Position numbers and translations under genes: made by a program. Shown here in pieces: positions 49,980 through 59,399 of a DNA stretch of 64,000 nucleotides. The notes below the pieces were generated by a model that was given only the letters and a program-made list of their open reading frames with translations, searched no databases and was not told the origin of the DNA. The stretch is from a virus. Taxonomy: Duplodnaviria; Caudoviricetes. The stretch covers positions 13,635 through 77,634 of the IMG/VR virus record IMGVR_UViG_2770939519_000001; one strand, written 5' to 3'. Numbering within the stretch: position 1 is the first letter of the stretch; each line of letters opens with the position of its first letter.

Positions 49980-51754
49980 GCGCGCCCCTGATCATCGGCC
50001 TGCCGCCCGCCACGCCCGCCCTCGGCCCGGGCACGATTCCCGCTGGGGGAGTGCTGGTTCCGGTCGCCGGACGCGACGGCCACGGCATCAGCTTCACCGG
50101 TGTCAAGAACACCTACGCCGATCTGCCCACCGGGCTCGGGCCCGGTGACAACGGGGTCTGCTACCTCGTCCTCGAGGACAACCTCGCCTACTTCTGGAAC
50201 GGCGCGGCCTGGCCGGCCAAAGGCAAAGGCGCGCCGATCAAGGGCGACCAGGGCGATCCGGGCCGGGGCATCGACTCCATCACCGCCACGCCTGCGGGCC
50301 TGCGCTTCGCCATGACCACCGGCGTGACCCCGGTCGACGTCGCGGTGCCCGCCCTGACCAACGCCACCCAGGCCGCCGCCACCGCGACCAGCAAGGCCGA
50401 CGAGGCCCTGACCTCGGCCGGACTCGCCACCAACGCGGCCGCCGCCGCCGATACATCGGCCCGCAATGCCGCCAATTCCGCTACCACCGCGGGCACTGCT
50501 GCGAGTACCGCGAACAGTGCGCGAGACCAGGCCACTACCGCGGCGACCAACGCTGGTTCCGCCGCGGACAAGGCAGCCGGATCGGCTTCGGCCGCCGCGA
50601 GCTCGGCCACGACCGCCGACGGTGCGCGCGCCGCGGCCCGCACGGCCGCCGATGACGCTGTCGCTTCGGCGAATTCGGCCAGTGCCGCCCGCGCCGACGC
50701 CCAAACGGCCCGCGACACCGCCAAGACTTCCGCCGACTCGGCCACCGATGCCAAAACCAATGCCGCGGCGTCGGCGGCCGAGGCCAAACACTGGGCCGAG
50801 CACGCCGCCGAAACCGTCTCCAGCGGGATTCCCAACGCGGACAAGACGATCAAGGGCGGCATCATGCTGCCCGGCGGCACCCCCGGCGAGTTGGGCGGCA
50901 CCTTCGAACATCCCGTGGTCGTCGGCTGGTCCGGTAAGGCCGACGTGGCCAGTGTCGACGCCAAATACACCCGGCCCGGCAACGGCATCCCGGCCACGGA
51001 TCTGGCTGCGGCTGTGCAGACCTCGCTCGGGCACGCGGACTCGGCCTATCAGAAACCCGCTGCAGGAATCCCCAAGGGCGACTTGGACTCTGCGGTGCAG
51101 ACCTCCCTCACCCGCGCCGATACCGCCGTGCAGGTCGATGGCACCGGCAAGATTTCGGCCGCGATCATGCCCGCCATCGCGGTTACGGAATTCCTCGGTG
51201 CGGTGTCCGGTGAGTCCGCGATGCTCGCTCTGAGCGGGCAGCGGGGAGACTGGTGCACTCGCACCGACAAGGGCACCGACTGGCAGCTCATCGCCGAACC
51301 CGCAGGGCAGCTCGCGAATTGGCGCGAACGCACCTACCCGGCCTCTCCGGTGTCCTCGGTCAACGGCCGCACCGGCGCGGTCACCACGGCCTCCGTCGAT
51401 ATCACCGACGCCACCAGCGTCGGGCGTGCGGTCCTCATCGCAGCCACCGCCGCCGCGGCGCGCTCGACCCTTGGTGCGGGTACTTCCAGCCTCACTCTCG
51501 GCACTATCGCGGGGACGGCCGCCGCCGGGGACGATGCGCGGCTGTCCGATCAACGAGTGCCTGTCGACGGCAGTGTCACCAATGTCAAGATCGCCGGTGG
51601 GGCCGCGATCGCATTGTCGAAGCTGGCGACCGGATATGTTGCCGGACAAGATACTTCGGGTCCCCGAACGCTCACCCTCTGGGTCGGTACCGAGGCGCAA
51701 TTCAACGCGATCGCCACCAAGGACGCCAACACCCTCTACCTGCGGACTGCCTGA
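49976..51754 (+). CDS. Tail fibre protein
   Basis: Ala-rich SAxxA repeats, PVSSVNGRTGAV, C-terminal DANTLY. Confidence 0.85.
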   Translation: MSAPLIIGLPPATPALGPGTIPAGGVLVPVAGRDGHGISFTGVKNTYADLPTGLGPGDNGVCYLVLEDNLAYFWNGAAWPAKGKGAPIKGDQGDPGRGIDSITATPAGLRFAMTTGVTPVDVAVPALTNATQAAATATSKADEALTSAGLATNAAAAADTSARNAANSATTAGTAASTANSARDQATTAATNAGSAADKAAGSASAAASSATTADGARAAARTAADDAVASANSASAARADAQTARDTAKTSADSATDAKTNAAASAAEAKHWAEHAAETVSSGIPNADKTIKGGIMLPGGTPGELGGTFEHPVVVGWSGKADVASVDAKYTRPGNGIPATDLAAAVQTSLGHADSAYQKPAAGIPKGDLDSAVQTSLTRADTAVQVDGTGKISAAIMPAIAVTEFLGAVSGESAMLALSGQRGDWCTRTDKGTDWQLIAEPAGQLANWRERTYPASPVSSVNGRTGAVTTASVDITDATSVGRAVLIAATAAAARSTLGAGTSSLTLGTIAGTAAAGDDARLSDQRVPVDGSVTNVKIAGGAAIALSKLATGYVAGQDTSGPRTLTLWVGTEAQFNAIATKDANTLYLRTA

Positions 51755-52296
51755 TGGGAGCCAGTCTCGGCACGGTCGGTATCACGAAAGTCGCATTGGG
51801 CGGCAACGATATTCAGAAGATCAGCCTTGGTGCGATCGACGTGTGGAGCGCGGTCGTTTTCATTCCCGTCGGGGCGACGGTCGGCACCGCGGCGACCTCC
51901 GGATCGCCGTTCGCGCTGATGCAGGGCTGGAAGGCCGATCCGAAATATCCGGGGTCGGCCGTGGCGTCCAACAAGCTGGTTGTCCCGGCCGCAGGGAAGG
52001 GCGTCACCATCGCGGCCTCGGTCATCTGGTCGGCGACTTCGAGTTACAAGCAGGACGTCACCATGCGCCTGACCCTCGACGACAAGCCCGTCGGCGCGGC
52101 GGGTCGAAAGGTCTCTGCGCCCGCGTGGGGGAGCGTCACCGCCGAGGTCGTCGCCAGCGGTATCGACGTCAAAACGGGCAGCGTCGTCGGCGTCGAGGCG
52201 CTCGGTGAGTCCATGTTCGGCAACGGTCCCACCGCGCAGGTCAGCGCCAGCTCCTACCTGCGCGTGTACCTGCCCACCCCGCTCGTCAGAACCTAG
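51754..52296 (+). CDS. Minor tail / fibre-associated protein
   Basis: KVALGG...KISLG...VWS N-terminus shared with the next gene. Confidence 0.7.
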   Translation: MGASLGTVGITKVALGGNDIQKISLGAIDVWSAVVFIPVGATVGTAATSGSPFALMQGWKADPKYPGSAVASNKLVVPAAGKGVTIAASVIWSATSSYKQDVTMRLTLDDKPVGAAGRKVSAPAWGSVTAEVVASGIDVKTGSVVGVEALGESMFGNGPTAQVSASSYLRVYLPTPLVRT

Positions 52297-52323
52297 ACCT
52301 CCATCTCGCATTGGAATCGTTCC

Positions 52324-53025
52324 ATGGCAATCAGCCTCGCGGCCACCGGCATCGCCAAAGCCTCCCTCGGCGCTGCCGCCATCCAGAAGATCAGTCTCGG
52401 CACGACGCTGCTGTGGAGCGCCGGGACCAATGTGAACGACAACTTCAATCGCGCCAGCCTGGGTGGCAACTGGACCACTGCGGGATACAACGACGAACCC
52501 GCCGTGCCGACACTGAATTCCAATAGATTCCACGCCGGGGAACCGGCCGGATTCCTCTCCGGCTACGAGATGGCCGCCGGCTACACCGCCACGGCCGCAC
52601 TCACCGACAACCATGCCGTGCGCGTCACCATCGCCACCGCGCTCACGGCCGAACAGGCCGGACTGATCGTGCGCGCCAACGCCGGCCTGAAGGACATGGT
52701 CATCGCCAAGATCACCACCAGCGGTGACAAGTCCGGCATCTGGACCATGGACGCCGGTGATCAGACGCGGCAGAAAAGCGCCGCCACAACCAGTTTCAAA
52801 CCCGGAGATATCGCCGAATTCCGGGTATCGGGCAATATCTACCAACTCGTCCGCAACCCGGACTCCGCCGCCACCATAGTCGCGACGTGGACCGACACCG
52901 ATGCGGACGTCAAGCCCGGACCGACCCGACGCTACGGCGGACTGTGGGCGTCCTCGTCCAAGGAATTCTCCGGCACCGCCACCTATTCCGCGGACCTGGA
53001 CGACTTTGCCTTCAGAGACCTTTAG
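52324..53025 (+). CDS. Minor tail protein with beta-sandwich (lectin-like) domain
   Basis: DNFNRASLGGNW...LDDFAF. Confidence 0.7.
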   Translation: MAISLAATGIAKASLGAAAIQKISLGTTLLWSAGTNVNDNFNRASLGGNWTTAGYNDEPAVPTLNSNRFHAGEPAGFLSGYEMAAGYTATAALTDNHAVRVTIATALTAEQAGLIVRANAGLKDMVIAKITTSGDKSGIWTMDAGDQTRQKSAATTSFKPGDIAEFRVSGNIYQLVRNPDSAATIVATWTDTDADVKPGPTRRYGGLWASSSKEFSGTATYSADLDDFAFRDL

Positions 53026-53060
53026 TGCCAACACCGTTCGAACAACCCAAGGAGCCAATC

Positions 53061-53636
53061 GTGTTGAAAACTGTCGTGCTGATGGGATCCGCTACGGATG
53101 CCCAGTTCTGGATTCCAGGATTCGTCAAGATCGACGATGTCCGTCAAATCGGTGATTTCGCCGCCGAATACGACGTCGTCTACGACGAGAGCAAGGTGCA
53201 CGAGGTATCGATGGTCTTCGTCAGCAACTCCGGCGAGAACCCACCGCAGACGACGGATCCGTTCTATCCGCTCCCGAAAGCCCGCATATTCGGAGACCGG
53301 TGGGTATACACCTACTACCAGTACTCGCCCATTCCATCGAAGTGGGGCGGCGAGAAGACGATGGCATTCGTCGGCCGCGCCTATGGGATGCAGTTCTACG
53401 TGCCGGGACTGGTCGCCATCGAAAAGATGCGCGCGACCGGCAAGGGCGACGGCGAGATGGTCGAGATCTATGTGCGTGCATCCGGTGACAAGAAGGCCGA
53501 GATTCACAAGGTGAGCGTGACGTACACCGCGCCGGACAAGGAAATTCCCGCGGGCGCAATCGATCTCGGCCTCATCCACCCTCTGGGGTTGTGGGGATAC
53601 GTCTATGCCACCGACGAAATCCTTCCGGCTGCTTGA
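53061..53636 (+). CDS. Cargo protein, two IPGF-type repeat domains (paralog 1)
   Basis: AGGAG RBS; FWIPGFVKIDDVRQ / FYVPGLVAIEKMRA. Confidence 0.8.
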   Translation: MLKTVVLMGSATDAQFWIPGFVKIDDVRQIGDFAAEYDVVYDESKVHEVSMVFVSNSGENPPQTTDPFYPLPKARIFGDRWVYTYYQYSPIPSKWGGEKTMAFVGRAYGMQFYVPGLVAIEKMRATGKGDGEMVEIYVRASGDKKAEIHKVSVTYTAPDKEIPAGAIDLGLIHPLGLWGYVYATDEILPAA

Positions 53637-53668
53637 TTCGCAGCACAATTGAATACGGAGAAGTCGCC

Positions 53669-54409
53669 TTGACCGATAAGAACAGTGACGGCAATCAGGC
53701 CTATCGCTTTTATCACGGCATGCTGCCCGACGGCACCGAGTACGACAACTACCGGCTCTACCCGCCGCTGGACTACCAGGGGCACAAGCTGTGGACCATC
53801 AGCATCGTCTATCGCGAACACGATCCTCGCACCCAGAACGGCAATTTCGTCTACGTGCAGGTGTGCCCGATCACCGACAGCGGGACCGACTTCAACGTCC
53901 ATCTGCCCGGTAGCCATGTGGCCGAATCCGCGCAATACGACCCGCCGCAGCACGGTGACTACCACCAGTACTACGTGCGAGCGCTGGAGGTCCTCGGCCA
54001 CTACAAAAGCTTTCCCGGCGCCACCGCCGTCCTGATGCAGAAGACCAGCACCGGGCGGCATCAAGGAATCGGCTGGGCCTGCAAATTCGTGCCGCCGATC
54101 CAGACCAAGCGCGCCGCCTCCCCCGACGATATCGAGATGACCGAATACGCAATCGTCGAGGCAGTACAAAAGGGCCCCAACGGATTTCCCTCCGTCCAGG
54201 TGAGCACTGCCACCAAGGACGGCGAATACGTCCGCAAGACCGTGACCGAGCCGAACCGTAACGGATATCTGCTGCCCGGCACGACGGTCGTGCAGGACTT
54301 CCCGTGGCCGACCGATCCCGCCGACCGGCAACGCATCGACGCGCTGCTTCAGGACGCGATCACCTACGGGATGGGCTACAGCGCCCTGATCTACGAATTC
54401 AACATCTGA
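53669..54409 (+). CDS. Cargo hypothetical protein (Tyr-rich)
   Basis: TTG start after motif and GGAG; 246 aa. Confidence 0.75.
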   Translation: MTDKNSDGNQAYRFYHGMLPDGTEYDNYRLYPPLDYQGHKLWTISIVYREHDPRTQNGNFVYVQVCPITDSGTDFNVHLPGSHVAESAQYDPPQHGDYHQYYVRALEVLGHYKSFPGATAVLMQKTSTGRHQGIGWACKFVPPIQTKRAASPDDIEMTEYAIVEAVQKGPNGFPSVQVSTATKDGEYVRKTVTEPNRNGYLLPGTTVVQDFPWPTDPADRQRIDALLQDAITYGMGYSALIYEFNI

Positions 54410-54423
54410 CAAAGGAGATTCCC

Positions 54424-54633
54424 ATGAGCAACCAGGACAAGATCAACGCCATCGCCTCCACCATCGGCCAGGTGCGCGACCTGGTCCTCAAGATTCACGC
54501 CGAGATCCAGAACATGAAGAGGAACCCCCCGGCCGAGAACCTGGACTTCTCGCGTCTGGATTCCATCCTGGAGAACCTGAAGGCGCATACCGAGGCCACC
54601 GATGCCGAACTGCCGGATCTGCCTGCCGCGTAA
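54424..54633 (+). CDS. 69-aa coiled-coil protein ending ELPDLPAA
   Basis: AAGGAG RBS; heptad pattern. Confidence 0.75.
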   Translation: MSNQDKINAIASTIGQVRDLVLKIHAEIQNMKRNPPAENLDFSRLDSILENLKAHTEATDAELPDLPAA

Positions 54634-54682
54634 CCGAATACATCTCTCTCCGATTCGGAACATTCAGCAAGGAGCGAACAGA

Positions 54683-55432
54683 ATGACAAATCCGACCTAC
54701 ACGGTGTACGGGCGGCCGACCGGCGTCGCGCTCGACGCGGCCGGGAATATCTACGCCACCGGCAATCTATACGACCAGGTGTGGAAGTTCACCCCGCAGG
54801 GCGCGGAGACGAAACTGCCCGTTGCCGGGGCTCGCAAACCCAGTGCTGTGGCGGTGGACGCGGCGGGCAATGTGTACATCGCCAACAGTCAGCGAGGGTC
54901 GGAGGAAATCATTCGACTTCGCCCGAACGGCGCGCAGCAGACCATCAGAGTCCCCGAACTCAGAAAGCCCACTCAGCTGCGGTTCGATTCGGCGGGCAAT
55001 CTTTACGTCGTGGACGGCTACGCGGGCCGCATCGTCCGGATCGCGCCGAACGGCGTCCAGGAGACCGTGCCCATCCAACTCGATTATCCGTACGCCCTCC
55101 ACATCGATCGGGCGGGCGCGATCACGGTGACGATGATGGAACCGAGTCAGGTCGTCCGCTTCGAAACCGACGGCACGCGAACGGTCCTGCCGTTCACCAA
55201 CCTCGATCAGCCGACCGGCCTGGATATCGACTCCGACGGCAATGTGTACGTCGCCCTGGCCGCGGGAGCGCTCCCCGGCGATCCGCGGGTCCTGAAGCTC
55301 ACCCCAAGTGGCGAACAATCGGTCCTGCCGGTCGAGCTGAGCAACCTCGTCACCCCGGGGAACCTCGTCGTCCGTGACGGTGTCCTCTACATCGCCGACG
55401 GTCTCAGCGCCATCCAGACCCTGAAGCTCTGA
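54683..55432 (+). CDS. NHL-repeat beta-propeller (PknD-sensor-like), no signal peptide
   Basis: Repeated P.G(V/L)A(V/L)D..GN.YV. Confidence 0.9.
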   Translation: MTNPTYTVYGRPTGVALDAAGNIYATGNLYDQVWKFTPQGAETKLPVAGARKPSAVAVDAAGNVYIANSQRGSEEIIRLRPNGAQQTIRVPELRKPTQLRFDSAGNLYVVDGYAGRIVRIAPNGVQETVPIQLDYPYALHIDRAGAITVTMMEPSQVVRFETDGTRTVLPFTNLDQPTGLDIDSDGNVYVALAAGALPGDPRVLKLTPSGEQSVLPVELSNLVTPGNLVVRDGVLYIADGLSAIQTLKL

Positions 55433-55474
55433 AACGGCCGTAAGACTCTGCTACACAACTTAATAGGAGATTCC

Positions 55475-56056
55475 ATGGCAATCGGAATCGTGACCGTCAC
55501 CGGCTTCCCCGCCGCCCTGACCTATCACATCCCCGGCTTCGTCAAGATCGACGAAATGCGCCAGATCGGCGACAACGGCCTGTGCGAGTTCGTGATCGTC
55601 TACGACGACACCAAACTCGACGAAGTCTCCGAGGTCCTACTCTCCGGCGACTACTACCCGATGCGCCCGAACGCCCTCGACATCCGCTTGGGCACAGTTC
55701 ATCTCGCCAATGGCTCCCGCTTCTACGTCTACTGGTATGCCCGCCCGGTCCCCCAACCCGACAGCGACGGCATCAGCGTCATGGTCGTCGCCGACACCAT
55801 GGACCGGCTCGACTTCTACGTTCCGGGCTTCCTGCGCGTCGATCACTTCCGTCAGCTCGCGGACGAACGGCTGGAGCTGCATATCGTCTATGACCCGAAG
55901 CGCACCAACGAGATTCACCACCTGAAATTCCGCTCGGACTACAACCCGGACCCGACCCCGTCTCCGATGACGGTCGGCATCGGCAACCGCAAGGGCGGCG
56001 AGTCGTTCTACGTGCGGTACGAGGACACCATCGTCACGACCGCGAAGGCGGGCTGA
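55475..56056 (+). CDS. Cargo protein, two IPGF-type repeat domains (paralog 2)
   Basis: YHIPGFVKIDEMRQ / FYVPGFLRVDHFRQ. Confidence 0.8.
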   Translation: MAIGIVTVTGFPAALTYHIPGFVKIDEMRQIGDNGLCEFVIVYDDTKLDEVSEVLLSGDYYPMRPNALDIRLGTVHLANGSRFYVYWYARPVPQPDSDGISVMVVADTMDRLDFYVPGFLRVDHFRQLADERLELHIVYDPKRTNEIHHLKFRSDYNPDPTPSPMTVGIGNRKGGESFYVRYEDTIVTTAKAG

Positions 56057-56061
56057 TCCCA

Positions 56062-56640
56062 ATGGCCATCAAGAACATCGTCATGTCCTCCGGCCTGGCT
56101 CCGGAATTCTGGATTCCCGGTTTCGTCGAAATCGAAGAGATGCGCCAGACCGACAATCGAGGCTGGTACGACTTCTCCATCCTCTACGACGACACCAAAC
56201 TCCACGGGATCCACCGAGTGGAGTTCGAGATCTCACTACCCGACCCGAGCGACACGTCGACCGGCCTCACCCCCCTCGGAAAGGTCCACGACTTCACCGG
56301 CACGTCCTTCTACGTGTACTACCGCACCGAGCCGATCCCGCCGCAGTGGACGGGAACGCACACCCGGGTCGTGACCGCCAAACTCGGCTGGACACCGATC
56401 GACATCTATATCCCCGGTTTCGTTCGCGTCGACAAGATGCGCCAGATCGACGAATGGGGCACCGTCGAGCTCTACATCCGCATGGACCTGAGCAAGAAGG
56501 ACCAGATCCACCACCTCCAGGTTTCGGCGAAGAGTGATGAGCCGGACCTGACTGCCGGTACTGTCGAGCTGGGGATCGTCCATGAGCCCGGACGGTACCG
56601 GTACGCGACCTATACGAGCGAAATCCTGTCTGCCACATAG
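56062..56640 (+). CDS. Cargo protein, two IPGF-type repeat domains (paralog 3)
   Basis: FWIPGFVEIEEMRQ / IYIPGFVRVDKMRQ. Confidence 0.8.
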   Translation: MAIKNIVMSSGLAPEFWIPGFVEIEEMRQTDNRGWYDFSILYDDTKLHGIHRVEFEISLPDPSDTSTGLTPLGKVHDFTGTSFYVYYRTEPIPPQWTGTHTRVVTAKLGWTPIDIYIPGFVRVDKMRQIDEWGTVELYIRMDLSKKDQIHHLQVSAKSDEPDLTAGTVELGIVHEPGRYRYATYTSEILSAT

Positions 56641-56650
56641 TGGCCGCGAT

Positions 56651-56686
56651 ATCTCCGCCGGCCCGTTCGCGGGCCGGCGGAGATTT
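56651..56686 (+). terminator. Rho-independent terminator closing the late/cargo operon
   Basis: Perfect 15-bp stem ATCTCCGCCGGCCCG-TTCG-CGGGCCGGCGGAGAT, then TT. Confidence 0.85.
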
Positions 56687-57035
56687 GCGGTCAGCGCCCC
56701 TTATCCGCAGGCGTGAACCATGAAGACGACAACGATGCCGATCATGGCGAGCTAAAATGCCGCTTTCGGAGGCTTCCTCAGCCATCCGTCACGCTTCCCC
56801 TCCACGTACCTGTCCCATCGTGCGTGTCCGGCGGGCCCCGACAACCAGCGGTGAGCCCTTGCGGCGTGCGCGGCAGCGCAGATGGTTTCGCGCTCGGTTG
56901 CAGTATCCGCAGTTCTCTTTCAGAGCAATGATCAGAACCTGTGGATGACCGGAAAGGAGTACCTTCCGGGATGATCTTCGAATCCTGGATCTGATCAACC
57001 CTGGCGCGCCAACGCCGGGTGGAAGGTATGTCCCG

Positions 57036-57495
57036 AATGCTCGAAGTAATCGACGGTGGTGCCGGCTCCAACAACGACGCCGAGCCGGGTTCGCCGATTG
57101 ACGAGATTGTGCGCGAGGGTGTGCGGGCGATGCTGGCGGCGGCGTTGCAGGCCGAAGTAGCCGCGTATATCGCTCGATTCGCTGATCGGCTCGACGAGAA
57201 CGGGCATCGACTGGTGGTCCGTAACGGCTTTTACGCCGCCCGCGCCGTGACCACCTCCGCGGGTGCGGTCGAGGTCCGTGCACCACGGGTCAACGACAAG
57301 CGTGTCGATCCGGAAAACGGTGAGCATCAACGTTTCTCCTCAACGATCCTGCCGGCGATGGCGTTCAAACTGCTCGAGTCCGCTCAGAACCGGTGGCGGG
57401 CGGTCAGTGCGCCGCACCTGGTCGCTCTCGTCCGCGCGGGAGCACATTTCGATCGAGGCATTCTCGTCGAGCGTGAGCAGGGCACCGCAGCATGA
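57036..57495 (+). pseudogene. IS256 transposase, N-terminus fused directly to C-terminus (catalytic core deleted)
   Basis: IDEIVREG..RMLAAAL.AEV, RNG, VRAPRVND, FSSTILP joined to MAFKLLESAQNRWRAV.APHLVALVRAGA. Confidence 0.85.
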
Positions 57496-57980
57496 CCGAC
57501 CGCCCGCTGTTATTCCTCGATGTCGACGGGCCGCTTCTCCCGTTCGGTGAGAACCCGCAACGCGAACCGCGTGATGTCGTGTCGCATTCGCACCTGTCGC
57601 GGCTCAGCCCCGAACTCGGGCGCCGACTGGCGGCACTACCGTGCGAACTGGTTTGGGCCACCACATGGGAAGACGACGCGAATGCCGAGATCGCGCCGCG
57701 CCTCGGGCTACCCCGGCTGCCGGTCGTGCATCGGCCCGATTCCTCCGTCGAGCACGAACACGAAGACCAGTGGTTCGGGCTGTGCTGGAAGACCCGGACA
57801 CTGGTCGACTGGGCGGCCGGACGCCCATTCGCCTGGGTCGACGACGAGATCACCGACGCCGACCGCAATTGGGTCTCCGCACAGCATCCCGGTCGCGCGT
57901 TCCTCCGCCACGTCGAGTCGTTCCGTGGACTCAGCGACGAGGACATCGCAGCCCTTGATCAATGGCTGCGAGCAACCTGA
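57492..57980 (+). CDS. HAD-superfamily protein (Swiss-Army-Knife RNA-repair-like)
   Basis: FLDVDGPL, WATTW, WVDDE. Confidence 0.85.
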   Translation: MTDRPLLFLDVDGPLLPFGENPQREPRDVVSHSHLSRLSPELGRRLAALPCELVWATTWEDDANAEIAPRLGLPRLPVVHRPDSSVEHEHEDQWFGLCWKTRTLVDWAAGRPFAWVDDEITDADRNWVSAQHPGRAFLRHVESFRGLSDEDIAALDQWLRAT

Positions 57981-58022
57981 ATCACCCGAGATCCACAGAA
58001 ATTGACAATTATCCCATATCCG

Positions 58023-58493
58023 CTATCCGAGGTTCGGCTTGTATACAGCGATGGATATTGCGATGAAATCCAAAGCCTCGGATGGCGTCATGTGTAGGCG
58101 GATATCCGGTTCCTTGCGGTAGCTGTCCTGCAGCATCATTGCCACCGTGCGCCCGGCGGCCTCCAGCGGTTGGCCTGTGAGAGTGAGCTTTTCGACCGAA
58201 TCCGCCGTCGTCCTGCCCAGCGTGGTCAGGTTGTCGCGCGGGGTGGAGCTTGCCACTGCCGTCAGGGCGCCGCCCTTGCCTTTGACCAAGCCGACGAATC
58301 TGTCGTCTTCGCTGAGTGGCTGCGCCACAGCTGTGGTTCGGGGAACGGTGTATGCCGCGGCGGCGCTTGATATCTGGGTACTGGTGGAAGCGGCGGACTT
58401 CGGCTCGCTGTCGGAACCGCAGCCGACCGTGGCTGCCAGCACCACGCCCCCCATCGCACCAGCCAGAATGGTGCGCGTCTGAACTCTGTGCAC
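58023..58493 (-). CDS. Putative lipoprotein
   Basis: Hydrophobic leader ending TVGC, Ser/Ala/Thr linker. Confidence 0.65.
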   Translation of the reverse strand: MHRVQTRTILAGAMGGVVLAATVGCGSDSEPKSAASTSTQISSAAAAYTVPRTTAVAQPLSEDDRFVGLVKGKGGALTAVASSTPRDNLTTLGRTTADSVEKLTLTGQPLEAAGRTVAMMLQDSYRKEPDIRLHMTPSEALDFIAISIAVYKPNLG

Positions 58494-58616
58494 GCAAGGA
58501 CGGTAGCAGCACAGTGTCGGACATGATGGCCTGAGAGTTCCTGTACCGCAATGGCGGCCGCTTCGGACAGGGCTATGAACGCGGCTGGCTGTCCGCACGT
58601 TTGCCGGGGGCCTCGT

Positions 58617-59399
58617 CTATGCCGTGGGGATCAGCCGGTGCACAGTGCCCACCCAGTCCAGCACGGTGACGTTCCCGGAGTCGTCGACGCGGATGTCGAT
58701 GGGGCGCAGGACGCTGAACTCCTCGAATGGCGGCTCTGTGACAGTGCCGGTGGGAGAGAGTATTTCGACGTTGTGTCTGATGGTGGTGTTGCCGAAGTTG
58801 GTGAGGTAGGTGTTGCCCTGGGCGTCGACGTCGATGCCGGTTGGTGCGTCGACCCTGTGGAATTGCAGGGTTGTCTGTACACCCTGGGGGGTCAGGCGGA
58901 CGACGCTGCCCGACGAGGACGAGCCCTCGGCCTTGTTGGTGACGGTGATGTTGCCGGTCTTGTCCACTCGGATGCCATGCGGTACCAGCAGATTGGTGAA
59001 GGGGAGGTCTACCTGGGTGCCGTCGGGGGAGAGTCGGACCACGCGGTTGTTGCTGCCGTCGGTGACGTAGACATTTCCTGCCTGGTCGACGTCGACGTCG
59101 TTGGGGAATCGTCCCAGACCGGTGAACGGGAGCACGGTGACGACACCGTCGGTGCCGAGCTTCAGTACGCGGCTGCCGCCGTAGTCGACCACGTAGGCAT
59201 TGCCGATCTGGTCGACTCGGATACCGGCGGGCGACCCCTGGAAAGTCATCGGGAGTGCGGCCTGCGTCCCGTCCAGCGAGAGCTTCTCCACCTGGCGCGG
59301 ACGCTGGTTGGACACATAGGTGTTGCCTGCGGAATCGACCTCGAGGCCGATCGGCCCTCCCAGATTTTTGAATGGCAGCTTGATCTGTTTGTAGGCCAT
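58617..59399 (-). CDS. Second NHL-repeat beta-propeller
   Basis: P.G..VD..GN.YV repeats; GAAAGG RBS preceded by AAAACTGAATAG. Confidence 0.88.
   Translation of the reverse strand: MAYKQIKLPFKNLGGPIGLEVDSAGNTYVSNQRPRQVEKLSLDGTQAALPMTFQGSPAGIRVDQIGNAYVVDYGGSRVLKLGTDGVVTVLPFTGLGRFPNDVDVDQAGNVYVTDGSNNRVVRLSPDGTQVDLPFTNLLVPHGIRVDKTGNITVTNKAEGSSSSGSVVRLTPQGVQTTLQFHRVDAPTGIDVDAQGNTYLTNFGNTTIRHNVEILSPTGTVTEPPFEEFSVLRPIDIRVDDSGNVTVLDWVGTVHRLIPTA

Larger units (their letters stand above)
56923..58015 (+). mobile_element. Internally deleted IS256-family derivative with passenger gene
   Basis: Imperfect IRs GAGCAATGATCAGAACCTGTGGAT and ATCCACAGAAATTGACAATTATCCC enclose the transposase remnant and the HAD gene. 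Confidence 0.6.

Noticed and set aside
50350-50800. Ala-rich repeats as a novel repeat protein
   Set aside because: Ordinary stalk repeats of lambda-Stf-like tail fibres
46300-51700. Long minus-strand ORFs (46300-47988, 48310-49554, 49898-51700)
   Set aside because: Shadows of the lysin, minor tail and fibre genes on the + strand
53061-56640. Assigning the IPGF-repeat proteins to a named DUF or toxin family
   Set aside because: Only a vague recollection of similar Y-I-x-GFV-x-(L/I)E motifs in uncharacterised actinobacterial proteins; cannot be verified without an HMM search
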